Shown here one piece after another: positions 17,591 to 27,332 of a stretch of DNA of 64,000 nucleotides. Each line of letters opens with the position of its first letter. Position 1 is the first letter of the stretch. The stretch is taken from positions 96,001 through 160,000 of the forward strand of contig CBEUCH010000001.1 of assembly GCA_965541585.1 (NCBI GenBank). Direction: 5' to 3'. The DNA is from an uncultured bacterium. GTDB lineage: Bacteria; Zixibacteria; MSB-5A5; UBA10806. The position numbers were made by a program, and so were the translations under genes. The notes under the pieces are model-generated. The model saw only the letters and a program-made list of their open reading frames with translations. It was not told where the DNA came from and did no database searches.

Positions 17591-19501
17591 ATGAAGAAGC
17601 TTCTGATCAAGTGCATAATCCTGTCGCTTATGGCGATGGTGTTTATTGCATGTGAAGAGGATGTGACAGAGCCGGGGGCTCATTCGGGTGCGGTAACTTT
17701 CAATCTGACCGCCCCGGCCTTCGAGGAGATTTCCGGTAATCAGGTTTATGTAGGTCTGTTCTCATCATGGAACGACAGTATCCCGTTCGTCATCGAGGAT
17801 GGAACATTTTCTGGAAGCGTTACTACCCTGGAGATAGCCGATGTCGATCCGGGAACGTATGTGGCGATTGCAGCGATCAACGGCGAGGGAGACGGTTTCC
17901 CGGCTGACGAACCCTTTGGGGACCATGATCTATTCTGGATGGGTCTCGATTTGGAAGTCGATGGCGACGAAGTTATAAACGTATCCCAGTACGCCTGGCA
18001 GGAAATAGAGTTGCCTGCAATACTTGTCGGTTTTAGAGGTTTACCTGCCGGCCACGATGGGGATATTTTCGCCTGCGGAATATTCCCGGACGAAACGGAT
18101 ATTTTTGCAGATCCCGGGGCCGAACCATACTACGGTGGTGTCGGTATTGTCTATAATACCTCAGCTGTGCTCGCATTACATCCTGAAGACGATTCCGCAG
18201 AATCCGCGCTTCCTTCAGGCAGTTATGATCTCTGGATGCTCCTGGATGTCGACGGTAATATGGCAGATTGGCATGATACGACAGATCATATGCGGCATTA
18301 TCCTTTATCAAACGGCGATCTTATATCCAGCCATGATTTTACTTTCGACGCTTCAGATGATGCCGACTACGGTCAACTTATAACAGCGGCTGCATTTACG
18401 GAGGTTCAGGCTTTTATTTTGACATTGAATTTAACTGTCCCGACAGGTGAAAATCTGGAAGGCAATATTGTTCTGGGCGCGGTCTGGACAAGCTTCGAGG
18501 ATGAGGATCCGTTCGCAATGGATACAACCACCATTTCCTCTGGTTTGGCCACGCTTCAAATCCCGGTCATTGCAGATGCAGAATTCTCCGTAGCGGTGTT
18601 TTTGGATAGGGACGGAGGCGGTTTCGATTATTCTGATGATGGCCCTCTCGATTATGGCGATTACTTCTGGGGTGCGATGAACATTTCAATGACGGCCAGT
18701 ATGACAGTTAGTGTCACGGCTAATGCCTGGCAGCAATTTCATTCTATGATAGTCGGCGTGGATAACATTCCGGCCGGGCATGACGGTGAGATCTTTTCTC
18801 TGGCGGTTACTCCGGCCGACGGTAATCCATTTAATCCATACCGGGATGATGTCGCAATGGGAGGATTCGGGCTGATCTATAACAGTTCTGCTATAATCAT
18901 GCCCTGGCCTTTTGGTGAAGCCGATTCAGCCTGGACGTTGCAGAATGGTGATTATAAAATCTGGTGTCTCATTGACGTCGATGGCGTTCTTGATGATTAC
19001 CTGAATGCGGACGATTCATCAGCGTTCAGTCCCGTGACCGATGGCGATTACTACACGGTTTATGACTATACTTATCCCCCCGCACAAGCTGATGATAATT
19101 TTATACAGATATCGGGAAGCTTTTCGCCGGTAGTGGGGATTAGCGGCACAGCATCCTGCCCGGACTGGACCAGCGGCGGCGGTGGTACTTATGTCTATCT
19201 TTTTGCGGAAAATCCCCTCGTCAGCGATACCGCCGATGCGTATTCGATGGCATCCTTAGCTCGGCCGGGAGCTTATTGGCTCCCCTGCCTGCCCGGGGAT
19301 TCCGTGTATGCCGTCGGTTTCTGGGATATCGATAATTCCGGTGAGTGGGATGGCCCCTCGCAAGACGATTTGATCGGCGGATATGGATCGTCAGTCGACT
19401 CCCTGGAAGCCGTTCTTTGCACGCAGTTAGGCGTCGGCAATATAGATTTTGTTCTCGATACGCCGTATGATACGACACTATTCGAAGGCCCACGCAGGTA
19501 A
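17591..19501 (+). CDS. Large acidic lipoprotein with internal duplicated domains
   Basis: Lipobox FIAC; 'PAGHDG.IF' and 'DVDG' each occur twice; GGAGG RBS. Confidence 0.8.
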   Translation: MKKLLIKCIILSLMAMVFIACEEDVTEPGAHSGAVTFNLTAPAFEEISGNQVYVGLFSSWNDSIPFVIEDGTFSGSVTTLEIADVDPGTYVAIAAINGEGDGFPADEPFGDHDLFWMGLDLEVDGDEVINVSQYAWQEIELPAILVGFRGLPAGHDGDIFACGIFPDETDIFADPGAEPYYGGVGIVYNTSAVLALHPEDDSAESALPSGSYDLWMLLDVDGNMADWHDTTDHMRHYPLSNGDLISSHDFTFDASDDADYGQLITAAAFTEVQAFILTLNLTVPTGENLEGNIVLGAVWTSFEDEDPFAMDTTTISSGLATLQIPVIADAEFSVAVFLDRDGGGFDYSDDGPLDYGDYFWGAMNISMTASMTVSVTANAWQQFHSMIVGVDNIPAGHDGEIFSLAVTPADGNPFNPYRDDVAMGGFGLIYNSSAIIMPWPFGEADSAWTLQNGDYKIWCLIDVDGVLDDYLNADDSSAFSPVTDGDYYTVYDYTYPPAQADDNFIQISGSFSPVVGISGTASCPDWTSGGGGTYVYLFAENPLVSDTADAYSMASLARPGAYWLPCLPGDSVYAVGFWDIDNSGEWDGPSQDDLIGGYGSSVDSLEAVLCTQLGVGNIDFVLDTPYDTTLFEGPRR

Positions 19502-19520
19502 ACAGCATCGATAATTTGAG

Positions 19521-19550
19521 AGGCCGGCTTGATGCCGGCCTTTTTCCTTT
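19521..19550 (+). terminator. Intrinsic terminator
   Basis: AGGCCGGC-TTGAT-GCCGGCCT followed by a T-rich tract. Confidence 0.75.
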
Positions 19551-19711
19551 TATGAGTTAACCTCTTGCGCAAGCATATTATATCTATATCAGGCATTTTG
19601 CAGGACGTGCTGGTTTCCCCATTTGACAACAATATTGTTTTTGAGTAGCTTTAATAATGTGAAAAGACGCAATCGACAAGAGTTACGTTTAGAAATTAAA
19701 AGGGTGTCAAT

Positions 19712-20251
19712 GTGTTAAAGTGGATCATTTTCGGCTTTCTGGTTATAGCAGTTTTATCGTGTTCGAATGCGGTATTGAAAAATCCATTTGAAAAAGACAA
19801 TATTACCGATCTGACCGAGCGAGAACTCTGGCGGATGCACAAAGATGTCCGTTTCGCAGGCTTTATATATGACGATCGTTCTGAAATAGAGGGGCTCCTG
19901 CTTCGATGGCAGCCGGATTCGATCCTGATTCAGCCAAGAGGAGCGGATCAGCCGATAAGAATCCCTTCATCCGGAATAACAGGGATAAGAATTGAAACAG
20001 GTAATAGAATCCTGGAGAGCCTGATCTTAGGAACGGTGGCTGCAGCGGCGTATGTTGGGTCGGTTAAGAGCTATGATCTTGGCGAGACAACCGCGACAGA
20101 GGCAATGACCAAACTCCTGGGGCCTCCACTGATAATTTTCGGCGCTATCGCCGTCGGATCAAGCATGGAGAAATACAGGCTGTACCGGGTGCCCGAGGGA
20201 TTCGAGTTCGATTTTGAAGAAGCCAATTCGCTTTATGAACTTCTGGAGTAG
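19712..20251 (+). CDS. Hypothetical membrane lipoprotein
   Basis: Lipobox VLSC and two C-terminal hydrophobic segments; upstream TTGACA-N17-TAGCTT (19623-19651). Confidence 0.65.
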   Translation: MLKWIIFGFLVIAVLSCSNAVLKNPFEKDNITDLTERELWRMHKDVRFAGFIYDDRSEIEGLLLRWQPDSILIQPRGADQPIRIPSSGITGIRIETGNRILESLILGTVAAAAYVGSVKSYDLGETTATEAMTKLLGPPLIIFGAIAVGSSMEKYRLYRVPEGFEFDFEEANSLYELLE

Positions 20252-20529
20252 ATCCACGAGCTTCGAATCCGAATAGACGTAAAATTCACTGGCAGGACCT
20301 TTAGCCTCCGCTGGACCAGGATTATTTGAATAATATAGATATTGCGGAGATATCGGGAGGAATTCTTTCCTGGCAACTGACCGATCAAACTTTCGATATG
20401 TTCATATACATTATTCACTTGACAGTTTCCTGCGGTTGTCTTTCCTTTGTAAAAGGTTGTTTGAATTTATGCCAAAATCCCGAGAAGCCGACAACAGAGC
20501 ACTTGTTTAATCATAGACAGAGGTAGCCT

Positions 20530-20952
20530 ATGGATATTGAAGTTCGACTGGCAGAAAAGAGCGATCTCAAGATTATCCACGAGATCTTAGGGGAGATCCA
20601 GGAATGCGAGATTGAAAATAGGCTGAAGAGATTCGAAGAAGCTTTAAAGTCCGATTTTTCGACCTATTTGCTGGCGGTTACCGATGGCAAGGTAGTAGGT
20701 TATCTGAATACCTGGCATCTCCCCGATCTGGTTGACGGCGAGGTACTTTGTATCCTGCTGGATTGCTATGTCTCAGCCGAGTTTCGGCACAGGGGAGTGG
20801 GCAGGATGCTGTTGGAGGGAGCCATCGAGGAGGGAAGAAAGCATAATGTCAATAAGTATTACGGCTGGATGGATTTTGAGAACAAACCTGCGATCTCACT
20901 TCTAAAAAAGCACGGGTTCTCCACGGAAAGCTTGATGCTGGAGAAAAGGTGA
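20530..20952 (+). CDS. GNAT-family N-acetyltransferase
   Basis: 'YVSAEFRHRGVGRML' and 'N.PAISLLKKHGF'. Confidence 0.9.
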   Translation: MDIEVRLAEKSDLKIIHEILGEIQECEIENRLKRFEEALKSDFSTYLLAVTDGKVVGYLNTWHLPDLVDGEVLCILLDCYVSAEFRHRGVGRMLLEGAIEEGRKHNVNKYYGWMDFENKPAISLLKKHGFSTESLMLEKR

Positions 20953-21093
20953 AAATCAGGCGTAAACATGAGATTCCGAAAGCAGCTTGAGATCCTTTTT
21001 CGATTATTGTATTTTAATATCCGGCTTATGGCGGACGTTTAGTCATCAGGATTCTCTGGGCTATCAATCGGATGACTTGGCGGGAGGCTGGAA

Positions 21094-21489
21094 GTGTATA
21101 GATCACTGCAGGGCAGGTGCGGGCTTTATTGCGGCGATTGCGAGATCTACATTGCCTATTCCACTAATGACACCAAAGCTCAGCGAAAAATAGCCCGAAA
21201 ACTGAGCAAGGAGCGCGGAGAGACCATATCGCCCGATCAGATTAAATGCCTTGGCTGCAAGGGCCCTGATACATCATGCTGGGGGGCGACCTGCAAGATA
21301 AGAATCTGCGTCGAGGAGAGAGGAATTGAGTTCTGTTACCAGTGTCGCGATTATTCATGCGATGAACTCAATTCATTTTTCGAAAAAAAGCCGGCGGCTC
21401 GGGAAAACTTGAGGATGATTTCCAAGATCGGGCCGGATGCCTGGATAACGGCCATGATGTCGCGATCCGGGAAAGGAACAAATGGCTGA
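21094..21489 (+). CDS. DUF3795-like Cys-rich protein
   Basis: 'CGLYCGDC', 'CLGC', 'CKIRIC' and 'FCYQC..Y.C'. Confidence 0.85.
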   Translation: MYRSLQGRCGLYCGDCEIYIAYSTNDTKAQRKIARKLSKERGETISPDQIKCLGCKGPDTSCWGATCKIRICVEERGIEFCYQCRDYSCDELNSFFEKKPAARENLRMISKIGPDAWITAMMSRSGKGTNG

Positions 21490-21558
21490 GATCCTGAATG
21501 AGAAAGCTCAATGGATTTTGAGGTGTTACATATTTGATGATTTTTCAGATGAGGAGTT

Positions 21559-22419
21559 TTGATGGAGATTGAGAAAATTGGTGTTTGCGGTTGCGGGCTA
21601 ATGGGTTCGGGCATCGCCGAGGTGGCATCGAAGGCCGGTATGATGGTCGTGGTCCGCGAGATCAATGAAAGTTTATTGAAAAAAGGTCTGGGCCGGATAG
21701 ATAAATCTCTCTCCCGTGCGGTGGAAAAGGGGAAGCTCGACGGGGCAGGGAAAAAGGCTGTGCTTGACAAGATCACCGGGACCACAAAGCTCGAAGATTT
21801 CAAGGATTGTGATCTGGTATGCGAGGCGATCATAGAAAACATCGACGTGAAAATCGAACTCTACAAGGATCTCGACGGCATCGTGAAGATGGACGCGGTC
21901 TTCGCCTCGAATACCTCCTCTCTTTCCATCACGGAGATGGGCGCGGCAACCGGCCGTCCGGCCAAGTTCTGCGGTCTGCATTTCTTCAACCCGGTGCCTG
22001 TTATGAAGCTGGTGGAGGTCGTCAGGACGGTTGCCACATCGGACCAGACTTTCGAAACGGCGAAAGCGTTCGGAGAAAAGCTGGGCAAGGTGGTGGTATC
22101 CTGCAAAGATACACCGGGATTTGTCGTCAATCGTATTCTGGTGCCTTATCTGCTCGATGCCATTCGGGCGCTGGAGTCCGGGGTTGCCACCAGAGAGGAT
22201 ATCGATACGAGTATGAAGCTTGGTTGCGGCTACCCCATGGGTCCGCTCGAGCTGACCGATTTCGTCGGGCTGGATACGACTTATTATATCGCTGAGATTC
22301 TATTCGACGAGTTCAAAGATCACCATTACGCCGCCCCGCCCCTCTTGAAGGCTATGGTCAAGGCGGGATATTGCGGACGGAAGACGGGACGCGGATTTTA
22401 CGACTATACAAAGAGGTAG
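21559..22419 (+). CDS. hbd: 3-hydroxybutyryl-CoA dehydrogenase
   Basis: GCGLMGSG, 'ASNTSSL', 'GLHFFNP' and 'PMGPLEL.D.VGLD'. Confidence 0.93.
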   Translation: MMEIEKIGVCGCGLMGSGIAEVASKAGMMVVVREINESLLKKGLGRIDKSLSRAVEKGKLDGAGKKAVLDKITGTTKLEDFKDCDLVCEAIIENIDVKIELYKDLDGIVKMDAVFASNTSSLSITEMGAATGRPAKFCGLHFFNPVPVMKLVEVVRTVATSDQTFETAKAFGEKLGKVVVSCKDTPGFVVNRILVPYLLDAIRALESGVATREDIDTSMKLGCGYPMGPLELTDFVGLDTTYYIAEILFDEFKDHHYAAPPLLKAMVKAGYCGRKTGRGFYDYTKR

Positions 22420-22428
22420 GAAACACTG

Positions 22429-23211
22429 ATGGAGTATAAAAATATCAAGCTCGGGAAGGACGGTTCGGTCGCCATTGTCACAATTGACCGTCCTCAGATG
22501 CTGAATGCTCTAAACGATGAGACCATTGCCGAACTCGACCACTGCTTCACTGCCATTGCCGATGACGAAAGCATACTGTGCGTCATTCTGACAGGTGGCG
22601 GCGAAAAGTCATTTGTGGCCGGCGCCGATATAAATGAGCTGGCGGTCTGCGACGTCGTCTCCGGCCGTGCCAAGTGCGATCGGGGGCAGAAATTGTTGTC
22701 CAAAATAGAAAATCTACGGCAGCCGGTCATAGCCGCTATCAACGGTTTTGCTCTTGGCGGTGGATGCGAAATTGCCATGGCCTGCGATATCAGGCTGGCA
22801 TCGGAAAAAGCCAAGATCGGACAACCGGAGGTGAGTCTCGGCATAATACCCGGCTACGGCGGCACGCAGCGGCTGTCCCGGCTGGTGGGCCGCGGCAAGG
22901 CCAAGCAGATGATATTCACCGGCGATCATATCAACGCCGCGGAGGCGCTTCGGATCGGCCTGGTGGACGAGGTTTACCCGCCTGAAGAGTTGATGACAAA
23001 GGCCAAGGAGATGGCCCGGAAGATAGCGTCCAAAGGCCCCCTGGCAATAACGGCCGCCAAGGAAGCGATCAATCTCGGCCTCGATGTCGATCTGAAATCC
23101 GGCTGCGAGCACGAGGCGTCGCTGTTCGCAGGGATCTGCGCCTCCGAGGATAAAACCGAGGGGACCAAAGCATTTTTGGAAAAAAGAAAGGCGGAGTTTA
23201 AGGGGAAGTAA
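22429..23211 (+). CDS. crt: Enoyl-CoA hydratase (crotonase)
   Basis: 'FVAGADI', 'ALGGGCE' and 'QPEVSLGIIPGYGGTQRL'. Confidence 0.92.
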   Translation: MEYKNIKLGKDGSVAIVTIDRPQMLNALNDETIAELDHCFTAIADDESILCVILTGGGEKSFVAGADINELAVCDVVSGRAKCDRGQKLLSKIENLRQPVIAAINGFALGGGCEIAMACDIRLASEKAKIGQPEVSLGIIPGYGGTQRLSRLVGRGKAKQMIFTGDHINAAEALRIGLVDEVYPPEELMTKAKEMARKIASKGPLAITAAKEAINLGLDVDLKSGCEHEASLFAGICASEDKTEGTKAFLEKRKAEFKGK

Positions 23212-23262
23212 GAAGCTTATTTTGATGCTAAAATAACGAGCTTGCTTTGCTAAAGGGAACCG

Positions 23263-25995
23263 ATGAATAGAGAGCTTGATTTTAACGCTCAAAGCGTAAA
23301 TGACGCCATAGAAGGTCAGATGCAACGGGAGGGAATAAAGCCCAAACCGGTAAAGCCGCTCATTGCACCCGTACTAGCCAAACCCCATACCGCGATTTAT
23401 AAAATGCATCGCTACTATGCCAGAAGGCCTCATAATGTTTTTGCGAAACTGATTGAGCATTACACCAACCCAGGAGATATTGTTCTCGACCCGTTCTGCG
23501 GGGGTGGGGTAACTGTGGTAGAAGGATTGAAGCTAAAACGTCGAGTTATCGGGGTAGATATTAATCCTTTGGCGACGTGGATTACGAGAATTGAAGCTGA
23601 GCCCGTTGATTTTGATAAGCTGGCAGCCGTTTTCGGCGATTGGCAACAATGGGTGGAAGGAAATGTTAGCCCCCTTTACAGGACAAAATGCACAAAGTGT
23701 GGCAAAATGGCCGTTGCTGAATGGTACGAATGGTCTAATGTCGTGAAATGCGTCAATTGCGAAAAAGCTGTTGTCTTGGCAGAGGCGAAAAAGCTGCCGA
23801 ATGCTGTTTACGAATGTACCAATAAAAAGTGTAAGGCAAAAATAAAACCGGACAACTGTGAACGCCTGAAAGATAAGATGCTGTCAGTTTTTGTGAATTG
23901 CTCTAAGTGCTCGAAGAAGTATATACGGGATGCTCAGGCCAGCGATATAAGGCTTGCAAAATCCATAGCCAGAGAAGAGAAATTTACAATAAAGAGTAAA
24001 AAACTACGGATTCCGCCAGATAGCTTTCCTGACATGAACTCGGTTCGAGAAAACAATCTTTATTCAAAAGGATTCTACAAATTCCGTGATTATTTCACTC
24101 CAAGGCAGAGGGTGTCGCTGGGATTCATAAAAAAATGGATCTCCAAGAACATAGAAAGAAGCGATGAGGCCATAACAAACGGCATTCTTCATCTATTCTC
24201 CGCCTTGCTGCGTTATTCTAATAAACTCGTATTTAGGAGTCAGGGATGGCAAGGAGGTAATCCTATTGAATGGGCTGGTCATATTTATTGGCCGCCGGAA
24301 GTTTATGTGGAAATGTCACCCCTGCCGCCTATGCTGAGGCGATACGCAGCTCTTAAAGCAGGAAAACGCGAGCAGAACAAATGTGTTGGAAGTTTCTATC
24401 GGCCTCCGAAAGGACCCAGACCATGGGAAGAGATAACAGAAAAGGCCACCTGTTGGTTGCTTACTCAATCTAGTCATGAGTTGAGAATACCAGATAACTC
24501 GGTTGATGCAGTAATAACGGATCCACCGTTTGGTGGCAATGTACAATATGGGGAGCTGTCGGATTTCTATTTGGTATGGATCAAGGAATTTCTGGATCTT
24601 AAGAATGGGGTGGACAAGGAATTTGAGGCCATTGAAACAAGACATCAAGGATTCGAAGGGGCGAAAGACAGAGCCTTTTATGAGGAAATGCTTTTCAGAG
24701 TGTTCAAAGAATGCCGAAGGGTAATCAAGCCGGATGGATGGATGGTCCTGACATTCCATAACAAAGATGTTGGTGTTTGGATGGCTATGAACCGGGCAGC
24801 TATCAGGGCCGGTTTCAGACTTCCCACTGTTGATGAGTGCAAGAATAGAGGAATGGTGTATCAACCTCCAATTGAAAACTATACGCAAACAATACATCAA
24901 AAAAGAACCGGTTCAATGTTAGGAGATTTCATTCTTTCATTCCGACCCCATCAGCCGATTTCCGAATTGGATGCCATAAAAGAACAACTATCTATCGATG
25001 AAGAAAAAGAGCTACTAGAGAAATGTGAAGAGATAATAAGATATAATGGTGGTGCTGACGAGACAACTTTGATGACAGGTTTGTTGCCATACTTTTCGCA
25101 AAAAGGACTATTAGCACGGTTGGCGAAGTTTGATCTAAGGTTACTCTTGTCTAATGGAAAGTATGTCTTTATTAAGAGAGAAAAAAAATGGTTCATGCGA
25201 GATATGGTGGAGGAATCAGGAGCGCTAAAATATATAGATATAATCCCTGCTGAGAATCTAACACAGCAGCTAATTTACAGCCATCTGGCTGAACATAGAA
25301 GAGCCTCACTTGATGAGTTGCTCGTTGTAATTTATTCGCAGTTAGTTAATTCCTATAGGCCCCAAATGACAACAATTGGCAAGGTTCTGAATAAATATTG
25401 CAAAAAGACAAAAGTTAAGGGCCATAAACGAGAATTATACGTATGGAATCCCAAAGCCAAGACCCCTGAGGAGATTGAAAGAGTATTGGCCGCCCAAACT
25501 GCATTAGATTTGGCGGCCCTTGTGGTCAGTGACCACGATAGCATAATAAAGATTATTTCGGAATTCGCAATAAAAGCGGGCTATAATGTTCATATAGGCG
25601 AAACTGAGCAAAGAAAATCCCCAAAATTAGAAGCAATAAGCGTAAAGTTAACCGGTCTGGAATTGGGCTTATCCCCTGAGACCTTTAGATTGATAAAAGA
25701 AATAGACACAATTATTTTGAAAGGTTTTAATAATATGTTGGCTGCTGTTGAGGTGGCAACTACGATCTCTACCTTTAATAAGGCCGTAAATGACAGATTC
25801 AGGAATTTGCTTACGATTGCACCGAATCTAGATGTAAAATTAAACGCTGTTGTTTCAGATAATGATTTCGATAAAGCCTATAAAGAATTATACACGCCTG
25901 CGAACGTGAAATCTGGTCTTGCGAAAAAAGTGAATTTGATTAAGATTAGCGAGCTAAATACTCAAGATTTCTTAAGGAAAGTTGTCGGTGGCTAG
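23263..25995 (+). CDS. Amino-(adenine/cytosine) DNA methyltransferase with zinc-ribbon insert and putative nuclease-like C-terminal domain
   Basis: Motif I 'VLDPFCGGG', CxxC pairs, motif IV 'ITDPPF'; AT-rich relative to its flanks. Confidence 0.85.
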   Translation: MNRELDFNAQSVNDAIEGQMQREGIKPKPVKPLIAPVLAKPHTAIYKMHRYYARRPHNVFAKLIEHYTNPGDIVLDPFCGGGVTVVEGLKLKRRVIGVDINPLATWITRIEAEPVDFDKLAAVFGDWQQWVEGNVSPLYRTKCTKCGKMAVAEWYEWSNVVKCVNCEKAVVLAEAKKLPNAVYECTNKKCKAKIKPDNCERLKDKMLSVFVNCSKCSKKYIRDAQASDIRLAKSIAREEKFTIKSKKLRIPPDSFPDMNSVRENNLYSKGFYKFRDYFTPRQRVSLGFIKKWISKNIERSDEAITNGILHLFSALLRYSNKLVFRSQGWQGGNPIEWAGHIYWPPEVYVEMSPLPPMLRRYAALKAGKREQNKCVGSFYRPPKGPRPWEEITEKATCWLLTQSSHELRIPDNSVDAVITDPPFGGNVQYGELSDFYLVWIKEFLDLKNGVDKEFEAIETRHQGFEGAKDRAFYEEMLFRVFKECRRVIKPDGWMVLTFHNKDVGVWMAMNRAAIRAGFRLPTVDECKNRGMVYQPPIENYTQTIHQKRTGSMLGDFILSFRPHQPISELDAIKEQLSIDEEKELLEKCEEIIRYNGGADETTLMTGLLPYFSQKGLLARLAKFDLRLLLSNGKYVFIKREKKWFMRDMVEESGALKYIDIIPAENLTQQLIYSHLAEHRRASLDELLVVIYSQLVNSYRPQMTTIGKVLNKYCKKTKVKGHKRELYVWNPKAKTPEEIERVLAAQTALDLAALVVSDHDSIIKIISEFAIKAGYNVHIGETEQRKSPKLEAISVKLTGLELGLSPETFRLIKEIDTIILKGFNNMLAAVEVATTISTFNKAVNDRFRNLLTIAPNLDVKLNAVVSDNDFDKAYKELYTPANVKSGLAKKVNLIKISELNTQDFLRKVVGG

Positions 25996-26033
25996 GTATG
26001 ATAAAATCGCAAGATAACCACAGAGGGGAAACG

Positions 26034-26273
26034 ATGGAGGAATATTCAGGCGAAGGGCAGGAGGTCAATCCGCTAGCCCTGGGAGCAGCATACCTCGATT
26101 ATTGTGTCAGGCAGGGATGGCTGACCAAAACAGGCGAAGGCGATACGTCCCAGTATAGTCTGACTCCCGATGGCGAAAAGAAACTGGCGGATGTTCCCTT
26201 CAATTTCGATCTGTCAGCGTTGACCAGAACAGGAGAAGAGCCGAAACGCCGGCGAAGACGCCGGAAATCGTAG
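26034..26273 (+). CDS. Small hypothetical protein (winged-helix-like segment, Arg-rich tail)
   Basis: 'GWL......Y.LTPDGE' and tail 'KRRRRRRKS'; GAGGGG RBS. Confidence 0.6.
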   Translation: MEEYSGEGQEVNPLALGAAYLDYCVRQGWLTKTGEGDTSQYSLTPDGEKKLADVPFNFDLSALTRTGEEPKRRRRRRKS

Positions 26274-26389
26274 GCCGGACCGCCCGGCGCCTGGCAAGCG
26301 AGGGGTAGAGAGTATCTGCTGCATATCGGGCACTCCCAATGTTTTGTCAGGTTTTTTCTAAAACGAGATAGAACCGATCGAGGGATATT

Positions 26390-27202
26390 GTGAAGTGGAT
26401 GGCGAATTTCTTCAGTGACGTGGGCGGGAGCCTGGCAGGCGGCGATTTCTACGGTAAGGCGCTTTCCTATTCAGCAGCGAGATGTTGGCGATATATGCTG
26501 ACGCTGCTTTTCATAATTTCATTGATTCATACTGTTCACTATCTGGGTTTCATGGCGGAATACCATCAGAAGGTTGTTGATTTATTCGAATATAACAACT
26601 ATGAGGTTGTTTTTGAAGAAGGTGTTATAACAAATACCCCGGCGAATCCCAGGTTCATAACCTTCGAAGGTGATACCATGGTCGTCTGGGAGTGGATTCG
26701 AGAAATGTCGGATGCCGACAGCCTCAAAGAATTGCATCCCGATATAAACGTATATATCGGGCCGAAAGGCATTGTCAGGCTTGGAGGCCCGTCTCCATAC
26801 TATAGAGAATATCCTCATGATTTGACCCTGACCATCGACGCCGACTATGTGAGAACACTGAAGACGTCTTATAGCTGGATTGTCTTTCTGTTTCTGTTCG
26901 TAATGTTATTCATTGTCTCGCTTTTCTGGACTGCCGCGGTAATCCTGATTTTTATTGCTCCGGTGCTGGCCATCAAATTCTCAAAGGTCGGTCTTAAGTT
27001 CGGCGGCATCTGGAAGCTGGGAATGTTCCTGGTGAGTTATCATTTGATTCTTATCACCATATTCACGCTATATAACATTAGAATCCCCTATCTATGGGTT
27101 TATAATTTTCCTTTATATATTTTCATAATAGCGCTGCTGGTAAAGATAAGGCCGGAGGATCTGAACCCCGAGACAAAAACAGGGGATAGATTTGTCCGAT
27201 GA
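26390..27202 (+). CDS. Hypothetical membrane protein (DUF1189-like topology)
   Basis: One N-terminal TM helix, a soluble loop and three to four C-terminal TM helices. Confidence 0.6.
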   Translation: MKWMANFFSDVGGSLAGGDFYGKALSYSAARCWRYMLTLLFIISLIHTVHYLGFMAEYHQKVVDLFEYNNYEVVFEEGVITNTPANPRFITFEGDTMVVWEWIREMSDADSLKELHPDINVYIGPKGIVRLGGPSPYYREYPHDLTLTIDADYVRTLKTSYSWIVFLFLFVMLFIVSLFWTAAVILIFIAPVLAIKFSKVGLKFGGIWKLGMFLVSYHLILITIFTLYNIRIPYLWVYNFPLYIFIIALLVKIRPEDLNPETKTGDRFVR

Positions 27203-27332
27203 TCGGCATCCCGCAGGCATTTCCGGGCTTCGATCCTTTCAATCACAGCGGCGAGTATAAAGGATATCGGTTTTCAAAATACGCTGATGGGATTGATTCC
27301 CTGACAAATCCGAGATGACAGCAGAGGAGAAC

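Noticed and set aside
22714..23325. 203-aa minus-strand ORF, and similar long antisense ORFs over leuB, glmL and the kinase gene
   Set aside because: Shadows of well-supported genes on the opposite strand.
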